Sequence record: SRR31156797_135
Strand: one strand, 5' to 3'
DNA length: 41,421 nucleotides
How positions within the stretch are numbered: position 1 is the first letter of the stretch; each line of letters starts with the position of its first letter. Shown piece after piece: positions 8,197-17,789 of the stretch. The position numbers were made by a program, and so were the translations under genes. The notes below the pieces were generated by a model. That model ran no database searches, was not told the DNA's origin, and saw only the letters and a program-made list of their open reading frames with translations.

Positions 8197-10980
8197 ATGC
8201 GTCTACAAGTCTTTTTTGTAATTATATTATCGCTTATACTGACCACTGCCAAAGCAGAAGACTATATTTTAAAAGTTGGAGTTCGAACTGACTACCCTCC
8301 CTTTGAATTCAAATCGAACAATAAAATAATTGGTTTTAATATAGATATTATCAATCAGCTATCAGATGTTTTTAGCTTCGACGTTGAATTTGTTGAAGGA
8401 GAAAAAGAAAGATTATACCAATTGCTTGATAGTGGCGATATTGACATGGTGAGCTTTTGTTTTCAATCCACAGATTTTAAAGAAAGCTACAATCTTTCCA
8501 TACCTTATAACATGGTAGCTTTTGGTATTTACATTCCTTATCAATCGACCATTTCGCAGCCGCAAGATATTATGCCTTATAAAGTTAGCATGCAAAACGA
8601 GCTACTTTATGAGATGATGCTAAGTAATAAACATTTTGCAGGTGACCTGGTACTTCGTCGTTCACAAAACCAAAGTTTACAAGATATTATCAAAGGTGAT
8701 GCTGAAGCAGCTATTATTTCAAGCCTTACGGGAAAATATTTGATCGAGAAACATAATTACACGATGATCAAAGTACCTCCCATCAATTTTAAAAACCTTC
8801 AATATTCATTTGCATTTGAAAAAAATAACGACAGTTTACTTGTTCAGATTAATGAAGGTTTAAATATTCTCAGAGAAACCGGTACGTACGACCGTGTTTA
8901 TCAAAAATGGTTTGGAGAGGTTCACCCAAAACAAATCGCTGAACAAGTCAATGTGGTATATTGGCCATACTACGTTTTAGGTGTAGTTATCCTATTACTT
9001 CTGTTTCTTTTTGTTAATCAACGTAAAAACTACCTTCATCTAAAAGCACTTAATCAAAAAGAAATTGATATCAGGCTTAATGCTGAAAGATCCTTATATG
9101 AATTGGAAACACTGAGTCAAAATGTTATTGACAGACTACCTCATATTTTTTTAATAAGAGACAGTGAGAAAAGATATACATTTCTCAATCAAACAGTTGC
9201 TGATTTAATTGGCGTCAAAAAAGAAGAAATATTACATTCTATTGCCGGTGACCATAAAATACAGGGAAGTAACATTTTGGATATAATTGACCCTACAGAA
9301 ACAAATGAAGAATTTAAAAATCATAAAATAAGACTCATTGATAAAGACTCCCAGCTACGCATTTTTGAAGTTACACGTACAAAAATCAGACGCGCTGTAA
9401 CAAAAGAGGAACTCTTTGTGATTGTTGGTATTGATGAGTCAAAACGGGAGAAATACGAAAGACTGCTCAGCAGGGAAAAAGCGCTTTTAAACAGTCTTAT
9501 CAACTCAATCCCTGACCTTATTTTCTACAAAAACAAAAACTTACAATATATTGGTGGTAATGAGGCATTTAAAAAATTTAACGGATTTAAAACTGATAAA
9601 GATTTTGTAGGAAAAACAGATAGAGACATATATTCTAAAAACATATCAGAAAAGTTTCTTAAATCAGATGAAAAACTTTTAGAAACCCGTAAAATTGAAG
9701 AGCTTAATGGCTGGGAGACTGGAACTAATGGTGAGCGAATTTTATACTATACTGTAAAAGTTCCAATTATTGACGACATTGGAGATGTTATTGGTCTGGT
9801 TGGCATTAGCCGTGATATAACCAAGCAGGCAGAAGTACAGGATGAATTGCAAAAAGCCAAAATTAAGGCAGAAGAAAGCGATAAATTAAAAACAACTTTT
9901 CTCAATAACCTCTCTCATGAAATCAGAACTCCACTTAACTCAATTATTGGTTTTTCAGATCTATTGACTGATCCTGATATTACAGACGACCAACAAGAAG
10001 AGTTTACAGAATTGATTAGTAAAAGTGGAAGCTCCTTACTTACATTAGTTGATGATATTATTGACTTATCAAAGATTGAAGCTAATCAAGTGCAGATAAA
10101 CCTTTTGGAATTTGATGTAAATAAAATGATTATTGACTTGCATGAAGTCATTGAGGATACACGGGATCAAATTCACAAACAAGCTGTAACAGTTGATTAT
10201 TTTATTCCTGAAGAAGATGCTGAAGTATTGGTGAAGAGTGACGAATTTAGAGTAAGACAAATTATTTCTAACTTAATTAAGAATGCACTAAAATACACCT
10301 CAAAAGGAGAAGTGAAATTTGGCTATCGCTTAGAGGATGAAGAAATAATCTTTTTTGTACAAGATTCCGGTTTAGGAATTCCTGAAGATCAAAAGGCACA
10401 TATTTTTGAAAGATATAATCATAGCACATCAATTGAATCCTTTGGAGGTTCAGGTTTAGGATTATCCATTTCGAAAAAACTGGTTGAATTACTTGGAGGT
10501 AAAATTGACTTTATTACTGATGAATTAAAAGGCTCTGAGTTTTTCTTTTCATTACCCTATCAAAAATCAGAAAGTCAAAGAATGCGGTCCAATCTAGAGT
10601 TATATGAAAAATATAACTGGTCCGATTATCATATCCTTGTAGCTGAAGATGAACAAAATAATTTCTTATTTATTGAAGAAGCATTAAAAAGAACCGGGGC
10701 AAATATTATCTGGGCTAAAGATGGGGCTATTGCACTTGAACATGTAAGAACAAATCCTAAAATTGACCTGGTTTTGATGGATATTAAAATGCCAAATATG
10801 GATGGATATGAAGCAACCAGGGAAATCAAAAAGATAAGAGAAAATTTACCTGTAATTGCTCAAACCGCTTATGCCATGAGTAATGAAAGAAACCTAAGTA
10901 TTCAGGCCGGTTGTGATGAATATCTTACAAAGCCCATCAGACCAAAAAAATTACTAAAAAAAATCAATGATTTGATTTGA
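8197..10980 (+). CDS. hybrid sensor histidine kinase (family-3 substrate-binding domain, TM, 2 PAS, HisKA, HATPase, receiver)
   Basis: DYPPFEF, HEIRTPLN H-box, NLIKNALKYT, DSGLGI, GSGLGL, DLVLMDIKMP. Confidence 0.93.
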   Translation: MRLQVFFVIILSLILTTAKAEDYILKVGVRTDYPPFEFKSNNKIIGFNIDIINQLSDVFSFDVEFVEGEKERLYQLLDSGDIDMVSFCFQSTDFKESYNLSIPYNMVAFGIYIPYQSTISQPQDIMPYKVSMQNELLYEMMLSNKHFAGDLVLRRSQNQSLQDIIKGDAEAAIISSLTGKYLIEKHNYTMIKVPPINFKNLQYSFAFEKNNDSLLVQINEGLNILRETGTYDRVYQKWFGEVHPKQIAEQVNVVYWPYYVLGVVILLLLFLFVNQRKNYLHLKALNQKEIDIRLNAERSLYELETLSQNVIDRLPHIFLIRDSEKRYTFLNQTVADLIGVKKEEILHSIAGDHKIQGSNILDIIDPTETNEEFKNHKIRLIDKDSQLRIFEVTRTKIRRAVTKEELFVIVGIDESKREKYERLLSREKALLNSLINSIPDLIFYKNKNLQYIGGNEAFKKFNGFKTDKDFVGKTDRDIYSKNISEKFLKSDEKLLETRKIEELNGWETGTNGERILYYTVKVPIIDDIGDVIGLVGISRDITKQAEVQDELQKAKIKAEESDKLKTTFLNNLSHEIRTPLNSIIGFSDLLTDPDITDDQQEEFTELISKSGSSLLTLVDDIIDLSKIEANQVQINLLEFDVNKMIIDLHEVIEDTRDQIHKQAVTVDYFIPEEDAEVLVKSDEFRVRQIISNLIKNALKYTSKGEVKFGYRLEDEEIIFFVQDSGLGIPEDQKAHIFERYNHSTSIESFGGSGLGLSISKKLVELLGGKIDFITDELKGSEFFFSLPYQKSESQRMRSNLELYEKYNWSDYHILVAEDEQNNFLFIEEALKRTGANIIWAKDGAIALEHVRTNPKIDLVLMDIKMPNMDGYEATREIKKIRENLPVIAQTAYAMSNERNLSIQAGCDEYLTKPIRPKKLLKKINDLI

Positions 10981-10981
10981 T

Positions 10982-11656
10982 ATGCTTTCACTCAACGCAA
11001 GGTTATTTTTAACCACATTATACGAACATACAAAAAAGAACGAGCGGCTTCGAACTACCTATTTAGCGCAAAAACTAAATATTTCAAAAGCTGCAATAAC
11101 AGATATATCCAGAAGTCTAAAGGAAGAAGGATACATTGAATACGAACCATATCAACCTTACAAACTCACACCACAAGGCGAAAACTATGCTTTAAAAACC
11201 TATACTCGGTTTTGCACATTGGAGAAATACTATTTTGTAAAATTTAAACTAAATCCGTTCAGAGCCCGAAATGAGGCCATCCAAAGTGAATCATGTATTT
11301 CCGACCAACTTATTGATTTAATGCAAAATGAAATTCCAGCACCGGAAATATCGTTGTTTGGACATCCTTTGAAAACCCCTTTGCCCTATCAATTAAAATC
11401 ATTACGTAAATGTGATGATGGCCTTATTGTTAGGCCAGTTGCAATATTGGCCCAAACAGAAGATTACAATCAAAACTTTTGGCAAGAAATAGCGACATTC
11501 CTGGGTAAACCTATGTTAATTAGCAACATAGAAGAAGAAATTGAAGCTATACAGGTTGTAATAGAAAATGAACCGAGGAATATTAGCTTCAAGCTTGGAG
11601 AAAAGATTTTAGTTGCGACCCAAAAAGACACTACTGAATTTGAAATAAATCCATAA
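10982..11656 (+). CDS. DtxR/MntR-family transcriptional regulator with degenerate metal sites
   Basis: wHTH LAQKLNISKAAITD...GYIEYEPY...LTPQG; dimerisation region, GHP motif and FeoA-like tail. Confidence 0.8.
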   Translation: MLSLNARLFLTTLYEHTKKNERLRTTYLAQKLNISKAAITDISRSLKEEGYIEYEPYQPYKLTPQGENYALKTYTRFCTLEKYYFVKFKLNPFRARNEAIQSESCISDQLIDLMQNEIPAPEISLFGHPLKTPLPYQLKSLRKCDDGLIVRPVAILAQTEDYNQNFWQEIATFLGKPMLISNIEEEIEAIQVVIENEPRNISFKLGEKILVATQKDTTEFEINP

Positions 11657-12229
11657 TTATTCCGCAAAATTATAATTCATTTCAGTATGTTTAAACCCTC
11701 TTGGTAAAAAGAAAACAAACTCCGGGAAAGATTCATTTTCATTTATTTCATTTACCCGATAGGCTACTTTCTTATACTTATCAATCAAATAAAGGAGTAA
11801 ATTACCATAGTAAATTGCATGAATACTGTCTTTGCCATCATTATAATATGTAGCCTCGTAATTCAAATAAGTTGTATCAGATATTCGAAACAATTGAGAA
11901 GTGTCAAAAGCTAAGATTCTTTCTTTAATCGGAACTTTCAAAACTTCTTTTTTGGGGTGGATGATATAAAATAAAAATCCGTCTTTTCTCAAAATAGATT
12001 TAAACACATCCGTGTCTTCTTTTGATTCTTTTAAATCAGCTGTATACCGTTCACCATAGTTGTCAAAATGTATATCACAATATATACTTTTCCCTGATTT
12101 TAGATACTGCGCAGTCATTACACCCGAACTAAAAGGGGCTGATTTAAAATAATCTTCCTGACCCAACAAATTGGCAGCAGGCAAAATACACATTCCAAGA
12201 ACGAGCAAAATCAATTTTCTTCTCATCAT
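11657..12229 (-). CDS. secreted hypothetical protein (possibly LolA/DUF4412-like fold)
   Basis: Signal peptide; beta-rich; C-terminal F.LP.G motif; starts 6 bp after the upstream fusion gene. Confidence 0.65.
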   Translation of the reverse strand: MMRRKLILLVLGMCILPAANLLGQEDYFKSAPFSSGVMTAQYLKSGKSIYCDIHFDNYGERYTADLKESKEDTDVFKSILRKDGFLFYIIHPKKEVLKVPIKERILAFDTSQLFRISDTTYLNYEATYYNDGKDSIHAIYYGNLLLYLIDKYKKVAYRVNEINENESFPEFVFFLPRGFKHTEMNYNFAE

Positions 12230-12235
12230 TCTAAT

Positions 12236-14095
12236 CTACTTTCTAAACGCACAAGCGTCTTTTCTATAAATCATTGGACCCTGGAAAATATCTTTTGTTT
12301 GAGGAACTTTCAAATAGAATAAAGAACGTACCACACGATCAGCCAATACATTTAAATCCGTCCATATAGTTTCCTGTCGCATGCCTTTCATAGCCATAAT
12401 ACGAGCTTTATTTCCCATATAAGCAGTATTCTCAGCATACACAGCAGGTGTATACCAAATAGTTCGCACTCCTTTTGAAATAGCCTCTCCCGACATACTT
12501 CCGGCTAATCCATGCCAGCCTGATACAGCAGCGGCCAATGGTGATGATTCACTTAAATTAGCTTCCTCCAAAGGATGTCCTAATATCACAGTTGCTTCTT
12601 TGGTAAAGGCCAGAAGCTCTCGTGTAAGCCTGTCCATTGGTTTTTGCAATCTATAAATTGCCGACTCTAAATTTTCGTATGCATAAATGGTCTCTGATGC
12701 TAAATTCAGATTTATAACATAATCAAACTCTTTTGCATTAAGGCTCTGAACAAACGATAATACATCCTCCTCGCTTTCTATGTGGTACTCTAATACCGAA
12801 GCTTTACAATTTGGAAGATCTGATATTGTATTTAGCTGAGCTGAGTAATCATTAATTTGATTCACCTGAATTAAAAATTCAGCATCGCTGTGCATCATTT
12901 GCTCAAGAAGTGCAACACCAAAGTTATTGTCAGCACCTAGCATTAGTACTTTCTTACCTTTTAACAAACGATACTTTTTATTATAATCAGAAGGTGCTAC
13001 CCGTTGCTCCTTTGGAACCTGGTAAGTCCAGGCACCATACTCTCCACCAACCCCAGCAGTAGGACAAAGCAATCTCATACCCGGCTTTAATCTCCCCTCA
13101 TAATGTAACTCTGATAATGAAATAGGAATGGTTGTCCCAGATACATTCCCGTATTTTGCCTGAGTTTCCTGATACATTTTTTCACGGGGCAACCCTATTT
13201 CATCAGCTACAGTATGTAATATAGCATTCCCGGTTTGATGTGGCACAACCAAATCAATATCCTCCAATTTCCAGCCTTGCATTTTTAGAACCTCTTTGGA
13301 AGAGTTTATTAAATTGGGAACAGCTCTGCGCTTTACAGCAGCTCCATCCATATATAAATTCCAATCTTTGTCAACACCCACAAAATCAATCATACGTAAA
13401 TCATGATAATTTTTTGTGTAACCCACACCTTCAAATCCATTGGTTTGCTCAACCTTAGAAATAATAGCAGCCGCAGCAGCATCACCAAAGGTTGAATGAT
13501 ATACAAAATCACGTTTGTGATTTAGAAAGTGTGACATGGTTTCGGTGTTCGCAATCAAAATATTTTTTGCTTTTTCATCAGACTTGAAATAATCCAATGA
13601 GCGACGTAAAGCAATATTAAATCCGGCACATCCTGACGTAAGGGTCATTGCAGAAGTGTTATTTTCCGGATGCGTAAAATATGTTTTTAAAGTTGCTGCG
13701 ATACCCGGTGCTTGCTCCTGTGGAGACACAGTACTGACTATCCAACCATCAATATCTTCAGCATCTAAACCGCTATCTTCTAACGCCTTATCAACAGCTT
13801 CAACTAACAAATCAAGGCTATTTTCAGCTACATCCTGATTTTGCTTAATAGGTGGCCAGGGTGTTACATGATAACGGGTTTCAAACCCCATTTTATAACC
13901 CACAAAATATTCAAATGGTGTAGCGTCCGGATGATCCTTTAAGTATGCCTGATAGTTTTTACTATGCTTAATCAATTCTGGATTAAAACCATCTAGTTTA
14001 TCGCGGTTGGCTCCATCTTCAAGTAAACGGTTACTTACTTCGTATTTTCCGGCAGCATGTCCAAACCCGCTCAGTATATAGTTGTATTCTGTCAT
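12236..14095 (-). CDS. FabH/KAS III-like condensing domain fused to a degenerate SDR (pseudo-ketoreductase)
   Basis: SGCAGF, PHQTG, GNVSG triad; C-terminal Rossmann-like LGADNNFG lacking S-Y-K. Confidence 0.88.
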   Translation of the reverse strand: MTEYNYILSGFGHAAGKYEVSNRLLEDGANRDKLDGFNPELIKHSKNYQAYLKDHPDATPFEYFVGYKMGFETRYHVTPWPPIKQNQDVAENSLDLLVEAVDKALEDSGLDAEDIDGWIVSTVSPQEQAPGIAATLKTYFTHPENNTSAMTLTSGCAGFNIALRRSLDYFKSDEKAKNILIANTETMSHFLNHKRDFVYHSTFGDAAAAAIISKVEQTNGFEGVGYTKNYHDLRMIDFVGVDKDWNLYMDGAAVKRRAVPNLINSSKEVLKMQGWKLEDIDLVVPHQTGNAILHTVADEIGLPREKMYQETQAKYGNVSGTTIPISLSELHYEGRLKPGMRLLCPTAGVGGEYGAWTYQVPKEQRVAPSDYNKKYRLLKGKKVLMLGADNNFGVALLEQMMHSDAEFLIQVNQINDYSAQLNTISDLPNCKASVLEYHIESEEDVLSFVQSLNAKEFDYVINLNLASETIYAYENLESAIYRLQKPMDRLTRELLAFTKEATVILGHPLEEANLSESSPLAAAVSGWHGLAGSMSGEAISKGVRTIWYTPAVYAENTAYMGNKARIMAMKGMRQETIWTDLNVLADRVVRSLFYLKVPQTKDIFQGPMIYRKDACAFRK

Positions 14096-14102
14096 AATTC
14101 AA

Positions 14103-15962
14103 TTATTTATTCCATTTATAACCATCGCGACGCACAATTAAATCGCCTTCCCATGAATGGTGTACATTAGTTACTTTGGGTCGATAAAGCGACCTAACAA
14201 TTCGATCTGCCACCTCACTTGCAGGTAGTAGTCGCTGCTGATTGATACTCATCATAGCTGCCAATTGTTGCTTTGGATTAAGCTTTTCGACCATTCCGGC
14301 ACTGAGTAGACCAAGCATATAATAAATAGTCTTAACTTTCTGCTTATGAAATGGTCTGGCTACGCCAGCCACATAACTATGTAATGCTCTCTTTGAAGCC
14401 ACATAGGTTGATGAACCGCTAAATAGTGCATCTTCAGCAACTGAACCGACTACTAAAACAGTGTCTTTCACTTTCGCAGCCAATTGGTCTGTGATATTAC
14501 TAATTGCCAACGTGTTAATTTGCATGCCTTTGGCTAACTCCTTGGCAGAAACATCAGTAGCTCTACTTAAACTTCCTGTAATAGCTGAGGTATGAACTAA
14601 ATAATTAATTTCATTGTAATCAGCATTAACCTGTTTTATAAATGCTTCAACTTCACCTTTCTGACTGAAATTACAGCGAATAATCCGATATTTTACACCG
14701 GTTTTCTTCACATATTTCTCAAGCTCGGTAGCTTTATTTACATTGGAATTATATTGCAAAATAAGCTCACATCCTTCATCAGCCAATAATTTTACAACCT
14801 CCTGTCCTAATCCACCTGTTGCTCCTGTCACCAATGCCAATTTACCACTTAAGGATTTTTTTCTTTGCGGTTTTTTAATCTTCTTAGGAACGATATAAGT
14901 AAATCCGCCAAACTCTCCTCCAAGTCCACAGACAGCGGTAACGATTTTCATTCCGGGATTCAATCTATTTTCATCTTCCAATAAGCCTAGTGAAAATGGC
15001 ACGCTAGCTCCACTTAAATTACCATATTCAAGCTGCACTTCCTGATATAATTTTTCAGGTGGCACTTTCAAATAATGAGCAGAACCCTGAACAATAGCAT
15101 GCCCTGTTTGGTGCGGAACCAACATATCCATTGTATCTACTGTCCATTGATTATCATTCAATAGTTTTTGAGTTGTTTCGATGATATTTTTCGTAGCACG
15201 TTCTTTAACTCTTGTTGGTCCCATATAGAGATCACCTTGCTTATTGGCACCTAAAAAGTCAATCATATGAAGATCTTCGCCATTTCTTACAAAAGTAATC
15301 CCTTCCTTTTTATCGGATTTTGATCTTGAAAGCACAACAGCAGCAGCTGCATCAGCAAATGTAACATATGGTACGAAAGATGGCTCGTGCATTAATAAAC
15401 CAGACATCACTTCAGTATGCACAATCACAATGTGTTTGGCTTCCGGATTAGTCTTGAAATAATCAATGGCACGTTCAATATTAATATTAAAACCAACGCA
15501 AGCTGAATTAACTGTAGCTGAAGGTTTTGCATTATCCCATGCTGCAAAATGGGCTTTTATCGTAGCTCCAATACCAGGGGCTTGTTCAAATGGTGTAGCA
15601 GTACCTGCAAGCCAATAATCAATCTCTTCAGGATGTATTCCACTTTTCTCTAAAGCATTTTCAATGGCTCTAACACCTAATTCAAGGGTTGTTTCAGCAT
15701 GACGAAAAGCATCCTCAACCGGTGGAAAAGGAACCACATGATAGCGACTATGAAATCCCATTTTTTGCCAGGCAAAATATTCAAGTGGAGAAATATCCCC
15801 ATTCTTTTCCACATACTCCTTATAATCTGGAAGTTGGGTGATACGTTCAGGATCAAAATCACCAATCCAGCCATCCTTAATAGCTTGTTCTATCTGTTGA
15901 TTAGTTACCTTGTATTTTCCATGGGCATATCCAATTCCGGAAAAAATATAATTTTCGTGCAT
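14103..15962 (-). CDS. FabH/KAS III-like condensing domain fused to a FabG-like SDR ketoreductase
   Basis: SACVGF, PHQTG, GNLSG triad; TGATGGLG, VGS and YVASK SDR motifs. Confidence 0.9.
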   Translation of the reverse strand: MHENYIFSGIGYAHGKYKVTNQQIEQAIKDGWIGDFDPERITQLPDYKEYVEKNGDISPLEYFAWQKMGFHSRYHVVPFPPVEDAFRHAETTLELGVRAIENALEKSGIHPEEIDYWLAGTATPFEQAPGIGATIKAHFAAWDNAKPSATVNSACVGFNINIERAIDYFKTNPEAKHIVIVHTEVMSGLLMHEPSFVPYVTFADAAAAVVLSRSKSDKKEGITFVRNGEDLHMIDFLGANKQGDLYMGPTRVKERATKNIIETTQKLLNDNQWTVDTMDMLVPHQTGHAIVQGSAHYLKVPPEKLYQEVQLEYGNLSGASVPFSLGLLEDENRLNPGMKIVTAVCGLGGEFGGFTYIVPKKIKKPQRKKSLSGKLALVTGATGGLGQEVVKLLADEGCELILQYNSNVNKATELEKYVKKTGVKYRIIRCNFSQKGEVEAFIKQVNADYNEINYLVHTSAITGSLSRATDVSAKELAKGMQINTLAISNITDQLAAKVKDTVLVVGSVAEDALFSGSSTYVASKRALHSYVAGVARPFHKQKVKTIYYMLGLLSAGMVEKLNPKQQLAAMMSINQQRLLPASEVADRIVRSLYRPKVTNVHHSWEGDLIVRRDGYKWNK

Positions 15963-16032
15963 CTATATCTTTATTAGTAGTTTAGTTAAATCCTTTTTTA
16001 TTTTTTATTTACTATTTATTCTATTTATTGTC

Positions 16033-16179
16033 TTCCGTATTTTCTCTTCTGAATTCTGTATTCTATATTCTCTCTTCTGTATTCTGCATTCTATATTCTA
16101 TCTTCTGTCTTCTATCTTCTGTCTTCTGTATTCTGTATTCTGTCTTCTGTATTCTAAATTCTATATTCTGTCTTCCGTC
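16033..16179. repeat. degenerate 7-bp tandem array, 21 units, consensus TTCT(G/A)T(A/C)
   Basis: Unbroken 7-nt register TTCCGTA TTTTCTC TTCTGAA TTCTGTA ... TTCCGTC ending 1 nt from the hydratase stop codon. Confidence 0.95.
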
Positions 16180-16180
16180 T

Positions 16181-16930
16181 TCACTTCTTCTTATTCATAA
16201 ACTTTTCAATATGGCTTTTAGCTTTGGTTGTTAGCAATTTAGCAAACCCCTTAGATTCAATATCATAACCCACCTCTGTACCTGCATTCCTAATGGCATT
16301 TTTAAGAATTGTAATGGCTTCTCCATCTTTATTTGCCACCAATTTCTCAACTTTTGATAGTACATCAGGTATAAAGTTCTGTTCGTCTAAAATCAACTGA
16401 ACAATCCCATAATCCTTACATTTTAAAGCCGAAATTGTCTCTCCTGAAAGTATATAATAGAAGGCATCAGCTCTACCCAGTTTTCTGGTTAATCGTTGTG
16501 TTGCTCCACCACCCGGAATCATATCATAATTTAACTCTGGTAAGCTGAAAAAACTCTCTCTTGAAGCGAAGATCATATCTGCTGCAAGGGCCAACTCAAA
16601 TCCTCCACCTATTGCATAACCATGAACAGCAGCAATTACCGGCACAGGAAAATTTCCAACTTTTTGCAATAATTTGTGCAGCGATACTGATGTTTCAATA
16701 GCTTTCTGCTCTGTAACGTTATACATCTCTTTTAAATCTGCACCTGCAGCAAAGCAATCTCCTCTTCCGGCAATTACAATAAATTGATAATCAAAGTGCT
16801 TTTGACTGAAAAAATCATGTAACTCTTCTATTACAAGCTCTGAAATAGCATTTTTAATTTGTGGTCGATTTAGCCACAGGACAGCCCCGTTTTTTATGGG
16901 TTCTATTTGAATGGTTTTATAATTGGGCAT
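16181..16930 (-). CDS. enoyl-CoA hydratase/isomerase (crotonase) family protein
   Basis: LNRP..KNA, FAAGADL, GGGFELAL and LPE: both catalytic glutamates present. Confidence 0.92.
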   Translation of the reverse strand: MPNYKTIQIEPIKNGAVLWLNRPQIKNAISELVIEELHDFFSQKHFDYQFIVIAGRGDCFAAGADLKEMYNVTEQKAIETSVSLHKLLQKVGNFPVPVIAAVHGYAIGGGFELALAADMIFASRESFFSLPELNYDMIPGGGATQRLTRKLGRADAFYYILSGETISALKCKDYGIVQLILDEQNFIPDVLSKVEKLVANKDGEAITILKNAIRNAGTEVGYDIESKGFAKLLTTKAKSHIEKFMNKKK

Positions 16931-16991
16931 AACGGTTCAAAAATAACAAATGTATAACGATGTGTAAACAAAATATATTAACTAATGTAGC

Positions 16992-17789
16992 TTATTTTTT
17001 AAGTTTCTCTCCACATTTTTTACAATATATAGCATCTCCTTCGTGATTAACCTCATCACAAGAATGGCACTTCATTTTTATTGTTTGATTGGCTTTCACC
17101 AATTCAGCACTTACAATTCCTGTAGGAACAGCAATTATTGCGTAACCCAGGATCATGATTAAACTTGCAATGAATTGTCCTAAACTTGTCCCCGGACTAA
17201 TATCACCATAACCTACTGTGGTTAAAGTAACTATAGCCCAATATATTGATCTTGGAATAGATGTGTAACCATGTTCCGGTCCTTCGATTAAATACATTAA
17301 AGATCCTATGACGATCACGATGATCAATACAGCATAGATAAAAACGCCTATTCTTCTCCTACTTTGCTTTAAAGCCACAGCAATAGCCGAACCAGCATCA
17401 AGGTATTGTGATAATTTCAAAATACGGAAAACTCTTAGCAATCTTAAGGCACGGATTACTGCTAAATAATGTGTGCCAGCAATCATTAATGAAATATAAG
17501 TTGGTATAGCTGCCAGAAAATCTATTATTCCATAAAAACTAAAAATATATTTCCTTGGTTTCGGATGAACTAAAATGCGCAAAATATATTCAAGTGAGAA
17601 CACAATAGTAATAATCCATTCTACTGTATGCAGCAATACGATATAATCTTTACGAATCTCTGATACACTATCCAACATCACAACCAATACCCCAACTAGT
17701 ATCGCAATTAATAAAACTACATCAAATAGTTTACCTGTCTTAGTATCTGTAAAGAAAATAATATTGTATATGCGCTTTTTTAATGACAT
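16992..17789 (-). CDS. voltage-gated-type potassium channel (ion transporter) with C-terminal zinc ribbon
   Basis: S4 RALRLLRVFRILKL; filter TTVGYGD; CHSC...CKKC. Confidence 0.93.
   Translation of the reverse strand: MSLKKRIYNIIFFTDTKTGKLFDVVLLIAILVGVLVVMLDSVSEIRKDYIVLLHTVEWIITIVFSLEYILRILVHPKPRKYIFSFYGIIDFLAAIPTYISLMIAGTHYLAVIRALRLLRVFRILKLSQYLDAGSAIAVALKQSRRRIGVFIYAVLIIVIVIGSLMYLIEGPEHGYTSIPRSIYWAIVTLTTVGYGDISPGTSLGQFIASLIMILGYAIIAVPTGIVSAELVKANQTIKMKCHSCDEVNHEGDAIYCKKCGEKLKK

Noticed and set aside
12236-15962. Calling the fusions OleA/OleD olefin biosynthesis enzymes
   Set aside because: The residue before the conserved Pro is Ala (EQAPG) rather than the OleA catalytic Glu, the SDR is classical FabG-like, and no oleB/oleC is present
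16028-16234. 68-aa plus-strand ORF (SVFCILY repeats)
   Set aside because: It is the translation of the heptamer array and overlaps the hydratase gene on the opposite strand
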